Source: Synechococcus elongatus PCC 6301 (GTDB taxonomy: Bacteria > Cyanobacteriota > Cyanobacteriia > Synechococcales > Synechococcaceae). From it: a stretch of 32,000 nt of DNA. Below the pieces are notes generated by a model that saw only the letters and a list, made by a program, of their open reading frames with translations, was not told where the DNA came from and ran no database searches. The translations under genes and the position numbers were made by a program. The DNA lies in the NCBI RefSeq assembly GCF_000010065.1, contig NC_006576.1, positions 390,001-422,000 on the forward strand, in the 5' to 3' direction. Shown piece after piece: positions 1-9,826 of this stretch. How positions within the stretch are numbered: position 1 is the stretch's first letter; each line of letters opens with the position of its first letter.

Positions 1-293
1 AGTTGGACTGGCTTTATCCCCTCACCCTCAGCTATGTGCTGGAGCGGCAAGCCCCCCAAGCGGAGGCCGTGCTGCAGCGGATTGTGGCAGTCAATCCTGA
101 CAATGCTTGGAACTGGACTTACCTCGGGTTTGTACAGCTCTATCAATTTCAAGGCAACAAGGCACAGCAGTCTCTACTGGAAGCTGCTCTGCGCCAGCCC
201 GAAGTGCCGATCTTGCCGACTTTACAAGCGGTGGCAGCAGTGCAGTCTGGACAGTGGGGCGAAGCGATCGCCCGTTTACGGGGAGAGAAGTAA
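1..293 (+). CDS. C-terminal fragment of a TPR-like repeat protein (5' end lies outside the window)
   Basis: The ORF is open from the window edge in frame 3 and stops at 291-293. It has helical repeat-like sequence (..NPDNAWNWTYLGFVQLYQFQGNKAQ..). It ends 4 nt before the next gene's ATG. Confidence 0.4.
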   Translation, partial: LDWLYPLTLSYVLERQAPQAEAVLQRIVAVNPDNAWNWTYLGFVQLYQFQGNKAQQSLLEAALRQPEVPILPTLQAVAAVQSGQWGEAIARLRGEK

Positions 294-296
294 GGC

Positions 297-1727
297 ATGA
301 ATGACCATACCGCCGCGATCGCGGCCCATTTTGATCAGCTAGCACCCAACCTCGATCGCTGGCGGCGACGCAACCGCACCTACTATCGCGATCTCGAAAA
401 ACTGCATCGCTTCTGGATTCCTACCGGATCACGAGTGCTGCAGGTTGGTTCTGGTTTGGGCGATCTGCTAGCAACGGTTGAACCATCCTTCGGCATCGGG
501 ATTGATGTCTCACCGCAGGCGGTGGCAATCGCTCAGCAACGCCATCCACAGCTGCAGTTCCACTGCTTGGCTGCCGAAGAGTTGACACCCGAGGCGATCG
601 GCAATCCTGAGCCTTTTGACGCGATCATCCTGACGGGAGTGCTCAGCTACCTGACGGATATTCAAGTTGTGCTGGAGCAGCTCCAAGCCTTTTGTCATCC
701 CCGCACGCGCTTAATCCTTGGCTTCCATAACTTCCTCTGGCAGCCCTTGCTCACGGCCGCTGAAAAGGTGGGACAGCGATCGCCCCAACCGCCCGAAAGC
801 TGGCTGGGTATGCAGGATGTGCTCAATTTACTGACGCTGACGGGCTATGAACCAATCAAGCAGGGGCGGCGCTTCCTTCTGCCTCGGCAAATTCCGCTAC
901 TGACCGGCTGGATTAACCGCTGGATCAGCCCGCTACCGGTGATTGAGCATCTAGCGCTGACTAACTATGTGATTGCGCGGCCCCTGGCTCAACCGCGATC
1001 GCAACCCACAGTCTCGGTGATTGTTCCGGCTCGCAATGAGGCGGGCAATATTGCAGCAGCAGTCGAACGCTTGCCAGAACTGGGGGCTGAGACAGAGCTG
1101 ATCTTCGTGGAAGGCCATTCCCGCGATCAGACTTGGGAGACGATCGAGCAGACGGTGGCGGAGTATCAAGGGCCGCTGAAACTGCTGGCCTGCCGCCAAA
1201 CTGGCAAAGGTAAAGCCGATGCAGTCCGGCTCGGCTTCGATAAAGCCAGCGGCGACATTTTGATGATTCTCGATGCTGACTTAACTGTGCAGCCGGAGGA
1301 TCTCGGCCATTTCTACCGCGCGATCGCCAGTGGCAGGGGCGAATTTATCAACGGCTCTCGGCTGGTCTATCCGCGATCGCGGCTGGCGATGCCGGGGCTG
1401 AATACCCTTGCTAATCGAACCTTCGCCCTGATCTTTTCCTTCCTACTCGGTCAGCCGCTTAAGGACACCCTCTGCGGCACCAAGGTGCTCTGGAAAACCG
1501 ACTACGATCGCGTGGCGGCAGGGCGGAAATACTTTGGTGACTTCGATCCCTTTGGTGACTTTGACCTACTGTTTGGTGCCGCTAAACTCGGCCTCGAAAT
1601 TGTCGAAGTACCAGTGCGTTATCAAGAGCGCAGCTACGGCAGTTCCAACATTGCTCATGTCCGCGAAGGGCTGATTCTGGCACGGATGTGTCTCTACGCC
1701 GCTGGCAAACTGAAGTTCCCTCACTAG
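297..1727 (+). CDS. Bifunctional class I SAM-dependent methyltransferase / family 2 glycosyltransferase
   Basis: 476-aa ORF. The N-terminal half has methyltransferase motif I (VLQVGSGLGDLL). The C-terminal half has GT2 hallmarks (VSVIVPARNEAGNI, ILDADL). Confidence 0.75.
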   Translation: MNDHTAAIAAHFDQLAPNLDRWRRRNRTYYRDLEKLHRFWIPTGSRVLQVGSGLGDLLATVEPSFGIGIDVSPQAVAIAQQRHPQLQFHCLAAEELTPEAIGNPEPFDAIILTGVLSYLTDIQVVLEQLQAFCHPRTRLILGFHNFLWQPLLTAAEKVGQRSPQPPESWLGMQDVLNLLTLTGYEPIKQGRRFLLPRQIPLLTGWINRWISPLPVIEHLALTNYVIARPLAQPRSQPTVSVIVPARNEAGNIAAAVERLPELGAETELIFVEGHSRDQTWETIEQTVAEYQGPLKLLACRQTGKGKADAVRLGFDKASGDILMILDADLTVQPEDLGHFYRAIASGRGEFINGSRLVYPRSRLAMPGLNTLANRTFALIFSFLLGQPLKDTLCGTKVLWKTDYDRVAAGRKYFGDFDPFGDFDLLFGAAKLGLEIVEVPVRYQERSYGSSNIAHVREGLILARMCLYAAGKLKFPH

Positions 1728-1743
1728 TTCCAACTGGACTGTT

Positions 1744-2757
1744 TTGACTGCTGCTAAACCTCGCGCCTCAACCATCCCGGGCCAGCGCTGGATTTTACCG
1801 CTGCTGTTGGTCACCGCATTGCTCAATCTGGGGCTGATGATTTGGGGTGGCTGGCAGACGATTTGGCAACAGTTTCGCCAGATTCCAATCGCCTTCTATC
1901 CCCTCAGCCTCCTGCTGATGGGTTTGAGCTATAGTCTGGGCTTTTGGCGCTGGCACACCTATTTGCAAGTGCTTGATCATTGGCTGCCAGTCCGTTCCAG
2001 CCTGCGCATTTTCCTCGGCAGCTTAGCCCTGATAGCCTCACCGGGACGAGCCGGAGAATCAATCAAAGCCCTGTGGTTACGGCAACAATTTGGCGTTTCG
2101 GCGGCGCGATCGCTGGCGGGGCTGTTCTGTGAACGGCTCTGTGATCTACTGGCCGCTTTGCTGTTAGTCGCCCTGGGATTCTCTGCTCGCTTGGGTACGG
2201 GCTTCTGGTGGGCCTGTCTGGGCCTGGCGATCGCTCTATTTCTGATCCTGAGCCAGCCTCAACGCCTACAGGCTTGGGCCAAACGCTTTGGCGGGCGATC
2301 GCGACGCCGCAAAGGCTTAGAGCGCTTGGCGCATCTCCCCTTCAGCGCCCGTCGCCTGCTGCAACCGCGATTTTTGGCGGGTGGCTTGCTGATTTCGCTG
2401 CTCACTTGGGCGATCGGAGGGGTCGTGCTCTACGGCTGTTTTCAGGTGTTGCAAGCCGAGATCAATCTGCCGACAGCGATCGTAATTCGAGCCGCTGTGG
2501 GTTTGGGTGGAGTACTAACGCTGCTCCCCGGCGGCTTGGGGGGGGCAGAAGCTGCCTCGATTTCCTTGGCGTTGCTCTACGGGGCCGATCGCGATCAAGC
2601 GATTGCAGCGACGGTGCTGCTTCGTCTGCTCACTCTTTGGTTCCCGATCGCGATCGGTTGGGTAGCCTTGCATCGCCAAACACGTACCCTCAAATCTCTC
2701 GCGTTGTCTTCTCTCCCTGACACTGATGCTGACCAGTCGCCAAAATCCTCTCACTAA
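1744..2757 (+). CDS. Polytopic membrane protein, lysyl-PG-synthase-TM / flippase-like (UPF0104) family
   Basis: 337-aa ORF with a TTG start. It has multiple hydrophobic segments and a Gly-rich LLPGGLGGAEA motif typical of the LPG_synthase_TM family. It lies 16 nt downstream of the GT2 fusion gene. Confidence 0.6.
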   Translation: MTAAKPRASTIPGQRWILPLLLVTALLNLGLMIWGGWQTIWQQFRQIPIAFYPLSLLLMGLSYSLGFWRWHTYLQVLDHWLPVRSSLRIFLGSLALIASPGRAGESIKALWLRQQFGVSAARSLAGLFCERLCDLLAALLLVALGFSARLGTGFWWACLGLAIALFLILSQPQRLQAWAKRFGGRSRRRKGLERLAHLPFSARRLLQPRFLAGGLLISLLTWAIGGVVLYGCFQVLQAEINLPTAIVIRAAVGLGGVLTLLPGGLGGAEAASISLALLYGADRDQAIAATVLLRLLTLWFPIAIGWVALHRQTRTLKSLALSSLPDTDADQSPKSSH

Positions 2758-3502
2758 ACAAATTCGCCAACTGCATCAGGCCAAAGGTCGCCGGCAAATG
2801 GGGGCTTTTCTGCTGGAGGGAACGCACCTCTTGCAGGAGGCGATCGCAACGAACTGGCCGCTATTGCAGGTCTGCGCGACCCCAGCCTGGCAGAATCAAC
2901 ACCCGCAACTCTGGCAGCAGGCGATCCAAGCGGCACCGGAACAAACGGTGAGTGACGATTTACTGGCCTATCTCTGCACTACGGTCAATCCGGATGGAGT
3001 AGTGGCGATCGCAGCACGGCAGCCCCAGCGTCAACCGCCCACTTCAGCCTCCTTGCTGATTGCCGTCGAAACCCTGCAGGATCCTGGGAATCTCGGTACG
3101 ATCATTCGTACTGCGGCGGCGGCGGGGGCTGATGGTCTCTGGCTGACAGCAGACGGCGTTGACCCCGATCATCCCAAGGTGTTGCGTGCCTCGGCGGGGC
3201 AATGGTTCCGACTCCCGATCGCGATCGCCACAGACCTGGGGCAAACCCTACGGAGCTGGCAGCAACAGGGTTATCAGATTGTCTCGACGCTGCCGCGAGC
3301 GACGACAACCCTTTGGCAAGCAGACCTCACTCGCCCGACCGTTCTGTTGCTTGGCAATGAAGGGGCAGGGCTGAGTCCAGACCTCGCAGCGATTGCGGAT
3401 TCCGCCGTCACAATTCCCCAAGCGGCGGGGGTGGAATCTCTGAATGTGGCGATCGCGGCAGCCCTCTTGCTTTACGAAGCCCGCCGTCAGCGACAGAGCT
3501 AG
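2726..3502 (+). CDS. TrmH/SpoU-family RNA 2'-O-methyltransferase
   Basis: 258-aa ORF with SpoU motifs (LQDPGNLGTIIRTAAAAG, LLLGNEGAGLS, ESLNVAIAAALLLYE). Its start overlaps the upstream gene by 32 nt. Confidence 0.8.
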   Translation: MLTSRQNPLTKQIRQLHQAKGRRQMGAFLLEGTHLLQEAIATNWPLLQVCATPAWQNQHPQLWQQAIQAAPEQTVSDDLLAYLCTTVNPDGVVAIAARQPQRQPPTSASLLIAVETLQDPGNLGTIIRTAAAAGADGLWLTADGVDPDHPKVLRASAGQWFRLPIAIATDLGQTLRSWQQQGYQIVSTLPRATTTLWQADLTRPTVLLLGNEGAGLSPDLAAIADSAVTIPQAAGVESLNVAIAAALLLYEARRQRQS

Positions 3503-3560
3503 CCGCATTGCCGCCGTACAATGGCGAAATGCTTCTGCAATCGGCTGGGAGAACACAAGG

Positions 3561-5000
3561 GTGAGCAGCGAGTTTGACTACGACGTCATTGTCATTGGGG
3601 CCGGCTATGGCGGTTTTGATGCGGCCAAACACGCCTGCGAAAAAGGTCTGAAGACGGCGATCGTGGAAGCCCGTGACCTTGGCGGCACCTGCGTGAATCG
3701 CGGTTGCGTGCCTTCCAAAGCACTACTGGCAGCCTCAGGTCGCGTGCGGGAAATTACCGATACCGACCACCTGCAGAACTTCGGGATTCAAGTCCAAGGC
3801 GTCAGCTTCGATCGCCAAGCGATCGCCGATCACGCCGCCAACTTGGTCGATACCGTCCGCACCAACTTGGGCAATACCCTCGAGCGGCTCGGGGCTGAGA
3901 TTTTGATGGGGCGCGGTCGTTTGGCCGGTAGCCAGCGCGTCACCGTCACCGCTGCCGATGGGACTGAAAAGACCTACAGCGCTCGCGATGTGATTCTGGC
4001 GACGGGTTCCGACCCCTTTGTACCGCCCGGCATTGAAATCGATGGCAAAACCGTCTTTACCAGCGACGACGCCCTCAAGCTGGAAACGCTACCCCAGTGG
4101 ATCGCCATCATTGGCAGTGGCTACATCGGTCTTGAGTTCTCCGATGTCTACACAGCGTTGGGCTGCGAAGTGACGATGATCGAAGCCCTCGATCGCCTCT
4201 TGCCCACCTTTGACCCTGATGTGGCGAAAGTTGCCCAGCGATCGCTGCTGGATGGTCGCGACATCGAAACCCGCACGGGTGTTTTGGCGCGCAAAATTAC
4301 GCCGGGCTCGCCGGTTGTGATCGAACTGGCCGACTTCGAAACCAAAGAACTGGTGGAAGTGCTGGAAGTCGATGCTTGCCTAGTCGCCACCGGGCGGATT
4401 CCCAGCACCAAAAATCTGGGCTTGGAAACCGTTGCTGTCGAAGTCGATCGCCGTGGCTTCATTCCCGTGGACGATGGCATGCGCGTCCTCCGCGATAGCA
4501 AACCTGTGCCCCACCTCTTCGCTGTTGGCGATGCCACCGGCAAGCTGATGTTGGCTCACGCTGCAGCAGCTCAGGGTGTGGTCGCGATCGAAAACATCAC
4601 CGGCCACCCACGCAGCGTCGATTACCGCAGCATTCCGGCGGCCACCTTCACCCACCCCGAAATCAGCTCGGTCGGCCTCAGTGAAGCGGATGCAAAAGCC
4701 TTGGGTGGTCAAGAAGGGTTCGAAGTGGGCAGCGTCCGCAGCTACTTCAAAGCCAACTCCAAAGCCTTGGCTGAGGCGGATGCCGATGGGTTTGCCAAGG
4801 TGCTGTTCCGCAAAGATACGGGCGAAGTGCTCGGGGCTCATATCTTTGGGCTGCATGCGGCAGATTTGATCCAAGAAGTCGCTAACGCGATCGCCCGTCG
4901 CCAGTCGGTCAAAGAGCTCGCCTTTGAGGTTCACACCCACCCGACCCTGAGTGAGGTGATCGAGTCCGCTTACAAACAAGCTGCTACCGCGATCGCCTAA
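3561..5000 (+). CDS. lpdA: Dihydrolipoyl dehydrogenase (E3)
   Basis: GTG start preceded by GGAGA. The N-terminus has an FAD fold ([13 protein letters not shown]) and the redox disulfide motif [13 protein letters not shown]. The longer ORF from 3444 overlaps the end of the TrmH gene and looks like an artefact. Confidence 0.9.
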
Positions 5001-5016
5001 ATCCCTGTCCTGCTCA

Positions 5017-5050
5017 GCGATCGCTTGCCCAATCGAGGCTGAGCGATCGC
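5017..5050. repeat. Example pair of HIP1 octamers (GCGATCGC at 5017-5024 and 5043-5050); the motif is dispersed across the whole window
   Basis: Exact GCGATCGC palindromes are read directly and recur in nearly every gene and spacer. This is characteristic of many cyanobacterial genomes. Confidence 0.95.
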
Positions 5051-5076
5051 AACCCTGTCATTTGCGCCCTACCGCC

Positions 5077-5964
5077 ATGGAAGTCCGCCGCCGTCCCCCC
5101 AATCCAGCTGTGCATGTTGCCAGCCTCACCTATCAGGTCAAGGTGCCGGGGAGCAGCCCCAGCAACATCCTCGAAGAGATTGTTTGGTATAAGGAGCGCG
5201 AGGTGAATGCTTGGCGAGAGCAGCTGCCGCTGCAGCAGCTCCAGAACCAAGTCCGCGGCTTGACCCAAACGCCCCGTGACTTTTTGGCAGCACTGCGACA
5301 GGCACCGACTCGACCGGCCGTGATTGCCGAAGTCAAAAAAGCATCTCCTAGCAAAGGCGTACTGCGAGAAGATTTCGATCCCGTGGCGATCGCCCAAGCC
5401 TATGCGGCTAATGGGGCGGCTTGCATTTCGGTGCTGACCGACGAGAAGTTTTTCCAAGGCGGCTTCGAAAATCTACAGCGGGTGCGAGCAGCAGTCGATG
5501 TACCGCTGCTCTGCAAAGACTTTGTGATCTACCCCTATCAGATCTACAAAGCCCGCTTACTGGGGGCCGATGCCGTGCTGTTGATCGCGGCGATTCTTTC
5601 GGATGCTGACCTGCGCTACTTCCTGAAGATCGCCCACAGTCTGGGACTCAATGCGCTGGTGGAAGTGCATAGCCTGCCGGAACTTGAGCGTGTCCTTGCC
5701 TTGGATGATCTGCGGCTGGTTGGCATTAACAACCGCAACCTCAAGACTTTTGTGACCGATCTGGCGGTGACAGAGCATCTTGCTGCCCAATGCCGCGATC
5801 GCGATTTGCTCTTGGTCAGTGAATCGGGTTTGTTCACCGGCGCCGATCTCGATCGCGTTACCCAAGCTGGCGCACAGGCCGTCTTGATCGGTGAATCGCT
5901 GGTCAAGCAACCGGATCCAGGCTTGGCACTGCAGCAGTTAGTTGGCGATCGCCCCTCAGCCTAA
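5077..5964 (+). CDS. trpC: Indole-3-glycerol phosphate synthase
   Basis: The N-terminus [23 protein letters not shown] and the motifs [13 protein letters not shown] and [12 protein letters not shown] are typical TrpC. The ATG at 5077 is preferred over the TTG at 5062. Confidence 0.9.
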
Positions 5965-6101
5965 GCTGTCCTGCAACAGCCTTCACTAGAAGCCACTCAG
6001 GACGCTTGTACTCGAGCCAACTTACCTCTCACCAGAGGTCAACACCGGCTAGTTTTACCCGCAGCGATCGCCCCTCCACCGATGAGCCCTACCCGAAATC
6101 T

Positions 6102-6170
6102 TGTTGCGGGGGGCTGGGGGAGTCGAGTCTCCCAGTGCGTGGGTGGGGTGCGCAATCACCCCCACGGACA
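6102..6170 (+). repeat. Copy A of a GC-rich structured dispersed repeat (core; weaker similarity extends to about 6074-6215)
   Basis: The core is near-identical to 15545-15617 in the same orientation. Two hairpins are predicted: 6114-6135 (includes one G.U pair) and about 6143-6165 (includes a bulge). Confidence 0.8.
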
Positions 6171-6270
6171 GACGCTTCACAACTCCAGCCCAGACTGGAT
6201 TTTCCTAAGCCATTCCAAGGTTGTCCCATGCCTCACTCCAGTGGAGGCGAGGGGCTCCTTTGATTCAGAC

Positions 6271-6507
6271 CTAACCTTCGCTACTACTAGCGCCCGATTC
6301 CACCTTGGACAGGAACTGCGTATCCAGCAGAAAAGAGCCGCGATCAAACAGCACTACCCAGTAGCCACCGGGACGGAGGCCCGTGATCGTTCCCTGTTCA
6401 CCGACTGCTAGCAAGTCGGGCGGCCGCAGCATCGGCAACGGGTCAGCACTTTTTAGGTAGGGTGGCTGAGCGGCCAAGCGGACGCGATCGCCGATTGCAA
6501 AATCCAT
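6271..6507 (-). CDS. sipA: Small DUF3148 / SipA-like protein (NblS-interacting, SH3-like)
   Basis: 78-aa ORF MDFAIGDRVRLAAQPPYLKSADPLPMLRPPDL... matches my recollection of S. elongatus SipA. It sits next to trpC. The call is from recall, not a search. Confidence 0.6.
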   Translation of the reverse strand: MDFAIGDRVRLAAQPPYLKSADPLPMLRPPDLLAVGEQGTITGLRPGGYWVVLFDRGSFLLDTQFLSKVESGASSSEG

Positions 6508-6583
6508 AGAGTGGTGAGGGTAGACTCCTAAAAGGTCATTCTCGGAGATGATGCCGTGCTTTGGCGAGCGATCGCGGCTAGGA

Positions 6584-7084
6584 CTAGCGACCCGAGATCG
6601 TGGGCAAATCCTTTTGCAAAATTGCCGCCGCCTTGACCGAAACCGACTCTTGATCAGCGCCGATCGATTGGAATTTGCAGCTCATTCGCCGCGCTTCAAG
6701 ATTGCAGGTGCCCTCACCCTGCAGCACTGGCAAAGGATCTTCGGGCTTAAAGATACGGAAAGCCGGCACCCCATAGCGCCCTGACCAATTGCTGCTGCTA
6801 ACCGGATCAGCAACCTCGTAGGGTGCGATGAAGCTAAACAGAACTTCTTGGTTACCCTCTGGAACCACAAAGTGGAAGTTATAGCTGGTTTGGCCCTCGG
6901 TCACGAGCACTCGATCGCAGGGAATGGCACTCGCTGGGTCAGCGTCGACCTGCAGGACAATCTGACAATCTCGGGCTTCGAGATAGGTGGAGCGGTTCGG
7001 TTGAACTGAGCGAAATTCCGGCTGGGCTAGAGCAGGAGTCGCTGCGATCGCGCTGATCAGAAGAGAAAGGCCAAGGCTGCGCAT
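6584..7084 (-). CDS. Hypothetical secreted protein (4 Cys)
   Basis: The internal ATG at 7084 gives MRSLGLSLLISAIAATPALA/QPE, a clear signal peptide. The long upstream extension to 7282 has no support. Confidence 0.55.
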   Translation of the reverse strand: MRSLGLSLLISAIAATPALAQPEFRSVQPNRSTYLEARDCQIVLQVDADPASAIPCDRVLVTEGQTSYNFHFVVPEGNQEVLFSFIAPYEVADPVSSSNWSGRYGVPAFRIFKPEDPLPVLQGEGTCNLEARRMSCKFQSIGADQESVSVKAAAILQKDLPTISGR

Positions 7085-7309
7085 CACAGCATCCTTCGAT
7101 GGAGAGATTACTTTTGATTGTGGCGGTTCTACCCCATGAGTCAGTTGCCTTTGTAGCAAGATTTCAGTATCGGTCGGTTGCCTCTCAAGGCCATCGAGGC
7201 GATCGCCTCTCACTCCCGGACTATCTGTAGCGACAACAATCGGAATTGATCGGAAATTCCCTTGGCCGGAGCGGGTTACCACCTCCAGCCTGAAGGGATC
7301 CCAAGGGGT

Positions 7310-8032
7310 CTAGAGTTTACCCTGCATTGCGAGCTTCATTTCGCGCACCGCCCGCTCTAGCCCAACCAATACGGCTCGACTGATGATCGTGTGACCAATA
7401 TTGAGTTCTTCCATCCCCGGCAACTGTGCCACCGGATAGACGTTCCAGTAGGTCAATCCATGGCCCGCATTGACGCGTAGACCGGCTGCGATCGCTTGCT
7501 CACAGCCTTGGCGGAGTGCTGCGAGTTCCTGAGCTTGGGCGGCTTCCGTCTCGGCCTCGGCATAGCGACCCGTATGCAACTCGATCCACTGAGCTTGAAT
7601 CGCAGCCGACGCTGCAATCTGATCCGGTTCCGCATCGATGAACAAGCTGACGGGAATCCCAGCGCTTTGAAGCTGATCGACAACCAGAGCTAGGCGATCG
7701 CGCTGCCCCACCACGTTCAGACCGCCTTCCGTTGTCACTTCCTCCCGCCGTTCGGGCACCAGGGTGACGTAGTCCGGGCGAATGTCTAAGGCGATCGCCA
7801 CCATCTCATCCGTGGCCGCCATTTCTAAATTGAGGCGGGTGCGTACCGTCTGCCGAAGTAAGCGCACATCACGATCTTGAATATGTCGACGGTCTTCCCG
7901 CAGATGCGCCGTAATGCCTTCTGCACCTGCCAGCTCCGCCAGCACAGCAGCCGCGATCGGGTCTGGCTCAACCGTCCGGCGAGCTTGGCGCACGGTGGCA
8001 ACATGGTCAATATTGACGCCTAGGGTGGGCAA
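7310..8032 (-). CDS. pdxJ: Pyridoxine 5'-phosphate synthase
   Basis: [18 protein letters not shown] and the rest of the ORF are typical PdxJ. The ORF stays open up to a GTG at 8107, but a TTG at 8032 gives the canonical [11 protein letters not shown]-terminus. The start is uncertain. Confidence 0.8.
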   Translation of the reverse strand: MPTLGVNIDHVATVRQARRTVEPDPIAAAVLAELAGAEGITAHLREDRRHIQDRDVRLLRQTVRTRLNLEMAATDEMVAIALDIRPDYVTLVPERREEVTTEGGLNVVGQRDRLALVVDQLQSAGIPVSLFIDAEPDQIAASAAIQAQWIELHTGRYAEAETEAAQAQELAALRQGCEQAIAAGLRVNAGHGLTYWNVYPVAQLPGMEELNIGHTIISRAVLVGLERAVREMKLAMQGKL

Positions 8033-8361
8033 GGTAGCAGCTCCTCCAGAACCAACAATCCAGAACTGTTGACCCAATTTCACAGCCAGGCACGAGCGTA
8101 TGTCCACTCCGTCACCTGTGGATTGCCCCCTCAGGATGAGGGCATGGAATCGACGTCCAGTCAGTCGAGCCTAGAGTCTTGGGCCTTTGAATAGTATTGC
8201 GCGCTAACCTCAATCCTCTGTATAGAAGAGGCGATTAGCAACGGCCAAGAACTCCCATAACCCTGGGGAGCCGTTGACATAGACTCTGGTCAAACTGTCC
8301 GATCGCCAGCGGGGTGATGTCATGCAAGTCACTAGCATGGTGAAGGTTTCCGCCCGTCGTT

Positions 8362-9129
8362 ATGCTGTTGTCCCCTGCCTCGGATCTGTTTGAGGATCAC
8401 CGACCCATGCTGCAGTGTCAGCAGTCTCGCGTTTCTGGCTGGCTTGCCCCCTTGGCCTATCAGATGGTCGGGCGGATTGTTTTACCTTGCCGCTTTGCCG
8501 AGATCGACATTGCCGGCATCGACCATATTCCCCGCAGTGGGCCAGTGATTCTGGCGCCCACTCATCGATCGCGCTGGGATGCGCTGATGGTTCCCCATGC
8601 GGTAGGGCGGCCCACCTCCGGCCGTGACGTGCGCTTCATGGTTTCCGCCAATGAAATGCGAGGCATCCAGGGTTGGTTTATCTGGCGGCTGGGGGGCTTC
8701 CCTGTCGATACCGATCGCCCGGGCATCGCCAGTGTGCGCTACGGCGTAGAACTGCTCCTGCAGCAGCAGATGGTGGTTGTGTTTCCAGAGGGTGGCATCT
8801 TTCAAGATCGGCAGGTGCATCCCCTCAAGCTTGGGCCAGCCCGGATGGCATTGCAGGCGCAGCACCTAGGTCATGAACCAGTCCAAATTGTGCCGATTGG
8901 CTTGGTCTACAGCGATCTGCAGCCTCGGCGCGGTAGCCGCTGCAGTATTCGCATCGGTCAACCCCTGTCCACCCAAAGCTATCGACAGCACTCGCCCAAA
9001 CAGGGGGCGATCGCTCTGACCCGCGATTTAGCCGATCAATTGGGCCGACTCCATCAGCAGGCGCTGCATCATGTTTTGCCTTGTCAGGAACCCTTGATGC
9101 CCTTGCCACCGTCCCAAGAGTTGCTCTAG
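8362..9129 (+). CDS. 1-acyl-sn-glycerol-3-phosphate acyltransferase family (PlsC-like)
   Basis: Contains the HX4D box (PTHRSRWD) and FPEGG motif of lysophospholipid acyltransferases. An alternative ATG lies at 8407. Confidence 0.7.
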   Translation: MLLSPASDLFEDHRPMLQCQQSRVSGWLAPLAYQMVGRIVLPCRFAEIDIAGIDHIPRSGPVILAPTHRSRWDALMVPHAVGRPTSGRDVRFMVSANEMRGIQGWFIWRLGGFPVDTDRPGIASVRYGVELLLQQQMVVVFPEGGIFQDRQVHPLKLGPARMALQAQHLGHEPVQIVPIGLVYSDLQPRRGSRCSIRIGQPLSTQSYRQHSPKQGAIALTRDLADQLGRLHQQALHHVLPCQEPLMPLPPSQELL

Positions 9130-9221
9130 ACCTGTGGAGCTTCTGTTGTAGACTGCGATGGCAAGTCCGGCGGGGGCATCCGACGGCTGTTAAATCCCCT
9201 TTGAGCGTGAGAACTCCCACT

Positions 9222-9815
9222 ATGCGTTTAGTCGTTCGTAGTCTCGTCTCACTGGCCGCGATCGCCAGTTTGGCCTCTGGGCTTCCAGCGCGGGCGCAGT
9301 CTGGCAGCTCTGTCCCTGCACCAGAAAGAGTCACGACTCAATCGAACCTGAATTACGATTCAGTGATGCGCATTATGGCGGAAGGGGATGCCGCTGTGGC
9401 AGCACAGAAGTTTCCTGTCGCTCTCGACAAGTACGATCTGGCGCGGAAGTCCTTTGGCGCTCTGGTGCAGTTCCACCAAGGTCTAGCCGGTTCCTTCAGC
9501 GGCATTGATGTCAAGATTGCCAACGACCAACGGCAGCGAGCAGCACAAGCGGCACAGGGCCGTGACCAAGCTGGCTACAAGTTGGCGCTGCTCTACCGTC
9601 GCCTCAACCAGCCGGAAGTTGCGATTCCCTTACTCGTGCAGGTTGTACAGTCCCAGAACCCCACAACTGATTTGGGTAAACAGGCCTACGCTCAGCTCTA
9701 CGAATTGGGCTTTACCTCGCTGCCCTATCCACGCAGTGTCGACGGGACTCAGCCAGCGCCGCAGCAATCACCGGCTCCTCAAACCCCACCGGCTCAACAA
9801 CCGCCAGCACGCTAG
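9222..9815 (+). CDS. Hypothetical secreted protein with a P/Q-rich C-terminus
   Basis: The ATG at 9222 gives the signal peptide MRLVVRSLVSLAAIASLASGLPARA/Q. The tail is PAPQQSPAPQTPPAQQPPAR. I recognise no family. Confidence 0.5.
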   Translation: MRLVVRSLVSLAAIASLASGLPARAQSGSSVPAPERVTTQSNLNYDSVMRIMAEGDAAVAAQKFPVALDKYDLARKSFGALVQFHQGLAGSFSGIDVKIANDQRQRAAQAAQGRDQAGYKLALLYRRLNQPEVAIPLLVQVVQSQNPTTDLGKQAYAQLYELGFTSLPYPRSVDGTQPAPQQSPAPQTPPAQQPPAR

Positions 9816-9826
9816 CGATCGCTTGG

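Noticed and set aside
3444-3560. N-terminal extension of the lpdA ORF (518-aa version)
   Set aside because: The extension overlaps the 3' end of the TrmH-family gene, has no homology to E3 enzymes, and precedes the canonical FAD-binding N-terminus. The GTG at 3561 with an upstream GGAGA is a better start.
5012-5044. GCTCAGC/GCTGAGC 7-bp stem after lpdA as a terminator
   Set aside because: The loop is 19 nt and built around two HIP1 copies, and no T-tract follows. It may be incidental HIP1-associated symmetry.
6108-6150. G-tracts in the repeat element as a G-quadruplex
   Set aside because: The same G-runs are fully accounted for by Watson-Crick hairpins with complementary C-runs. Nothing in the sequence favours a G4 over the hairpins.
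6006-6411. 85-aa and 109-aa ORFs across the trpC-sipA spacer
   Set aside because: They run through the GC-rich repeat, which is also present in a non-coding context at 15545-15617, and one overlaps sipA antisense. They have Gly/Pro/Arg-rich low-complexity translations, no Shine-Dalgarno sequence and no recognisable family.
8274-8303. TTGACA at 8274-8279 as a -35 box for the acyltransferase gene
   Set aside because: No acceptable TAnnnT -10 hexamer lies at 16-18 bp spacing (the sequence there is GTCCGA). It cannot be supported from sequence alone.
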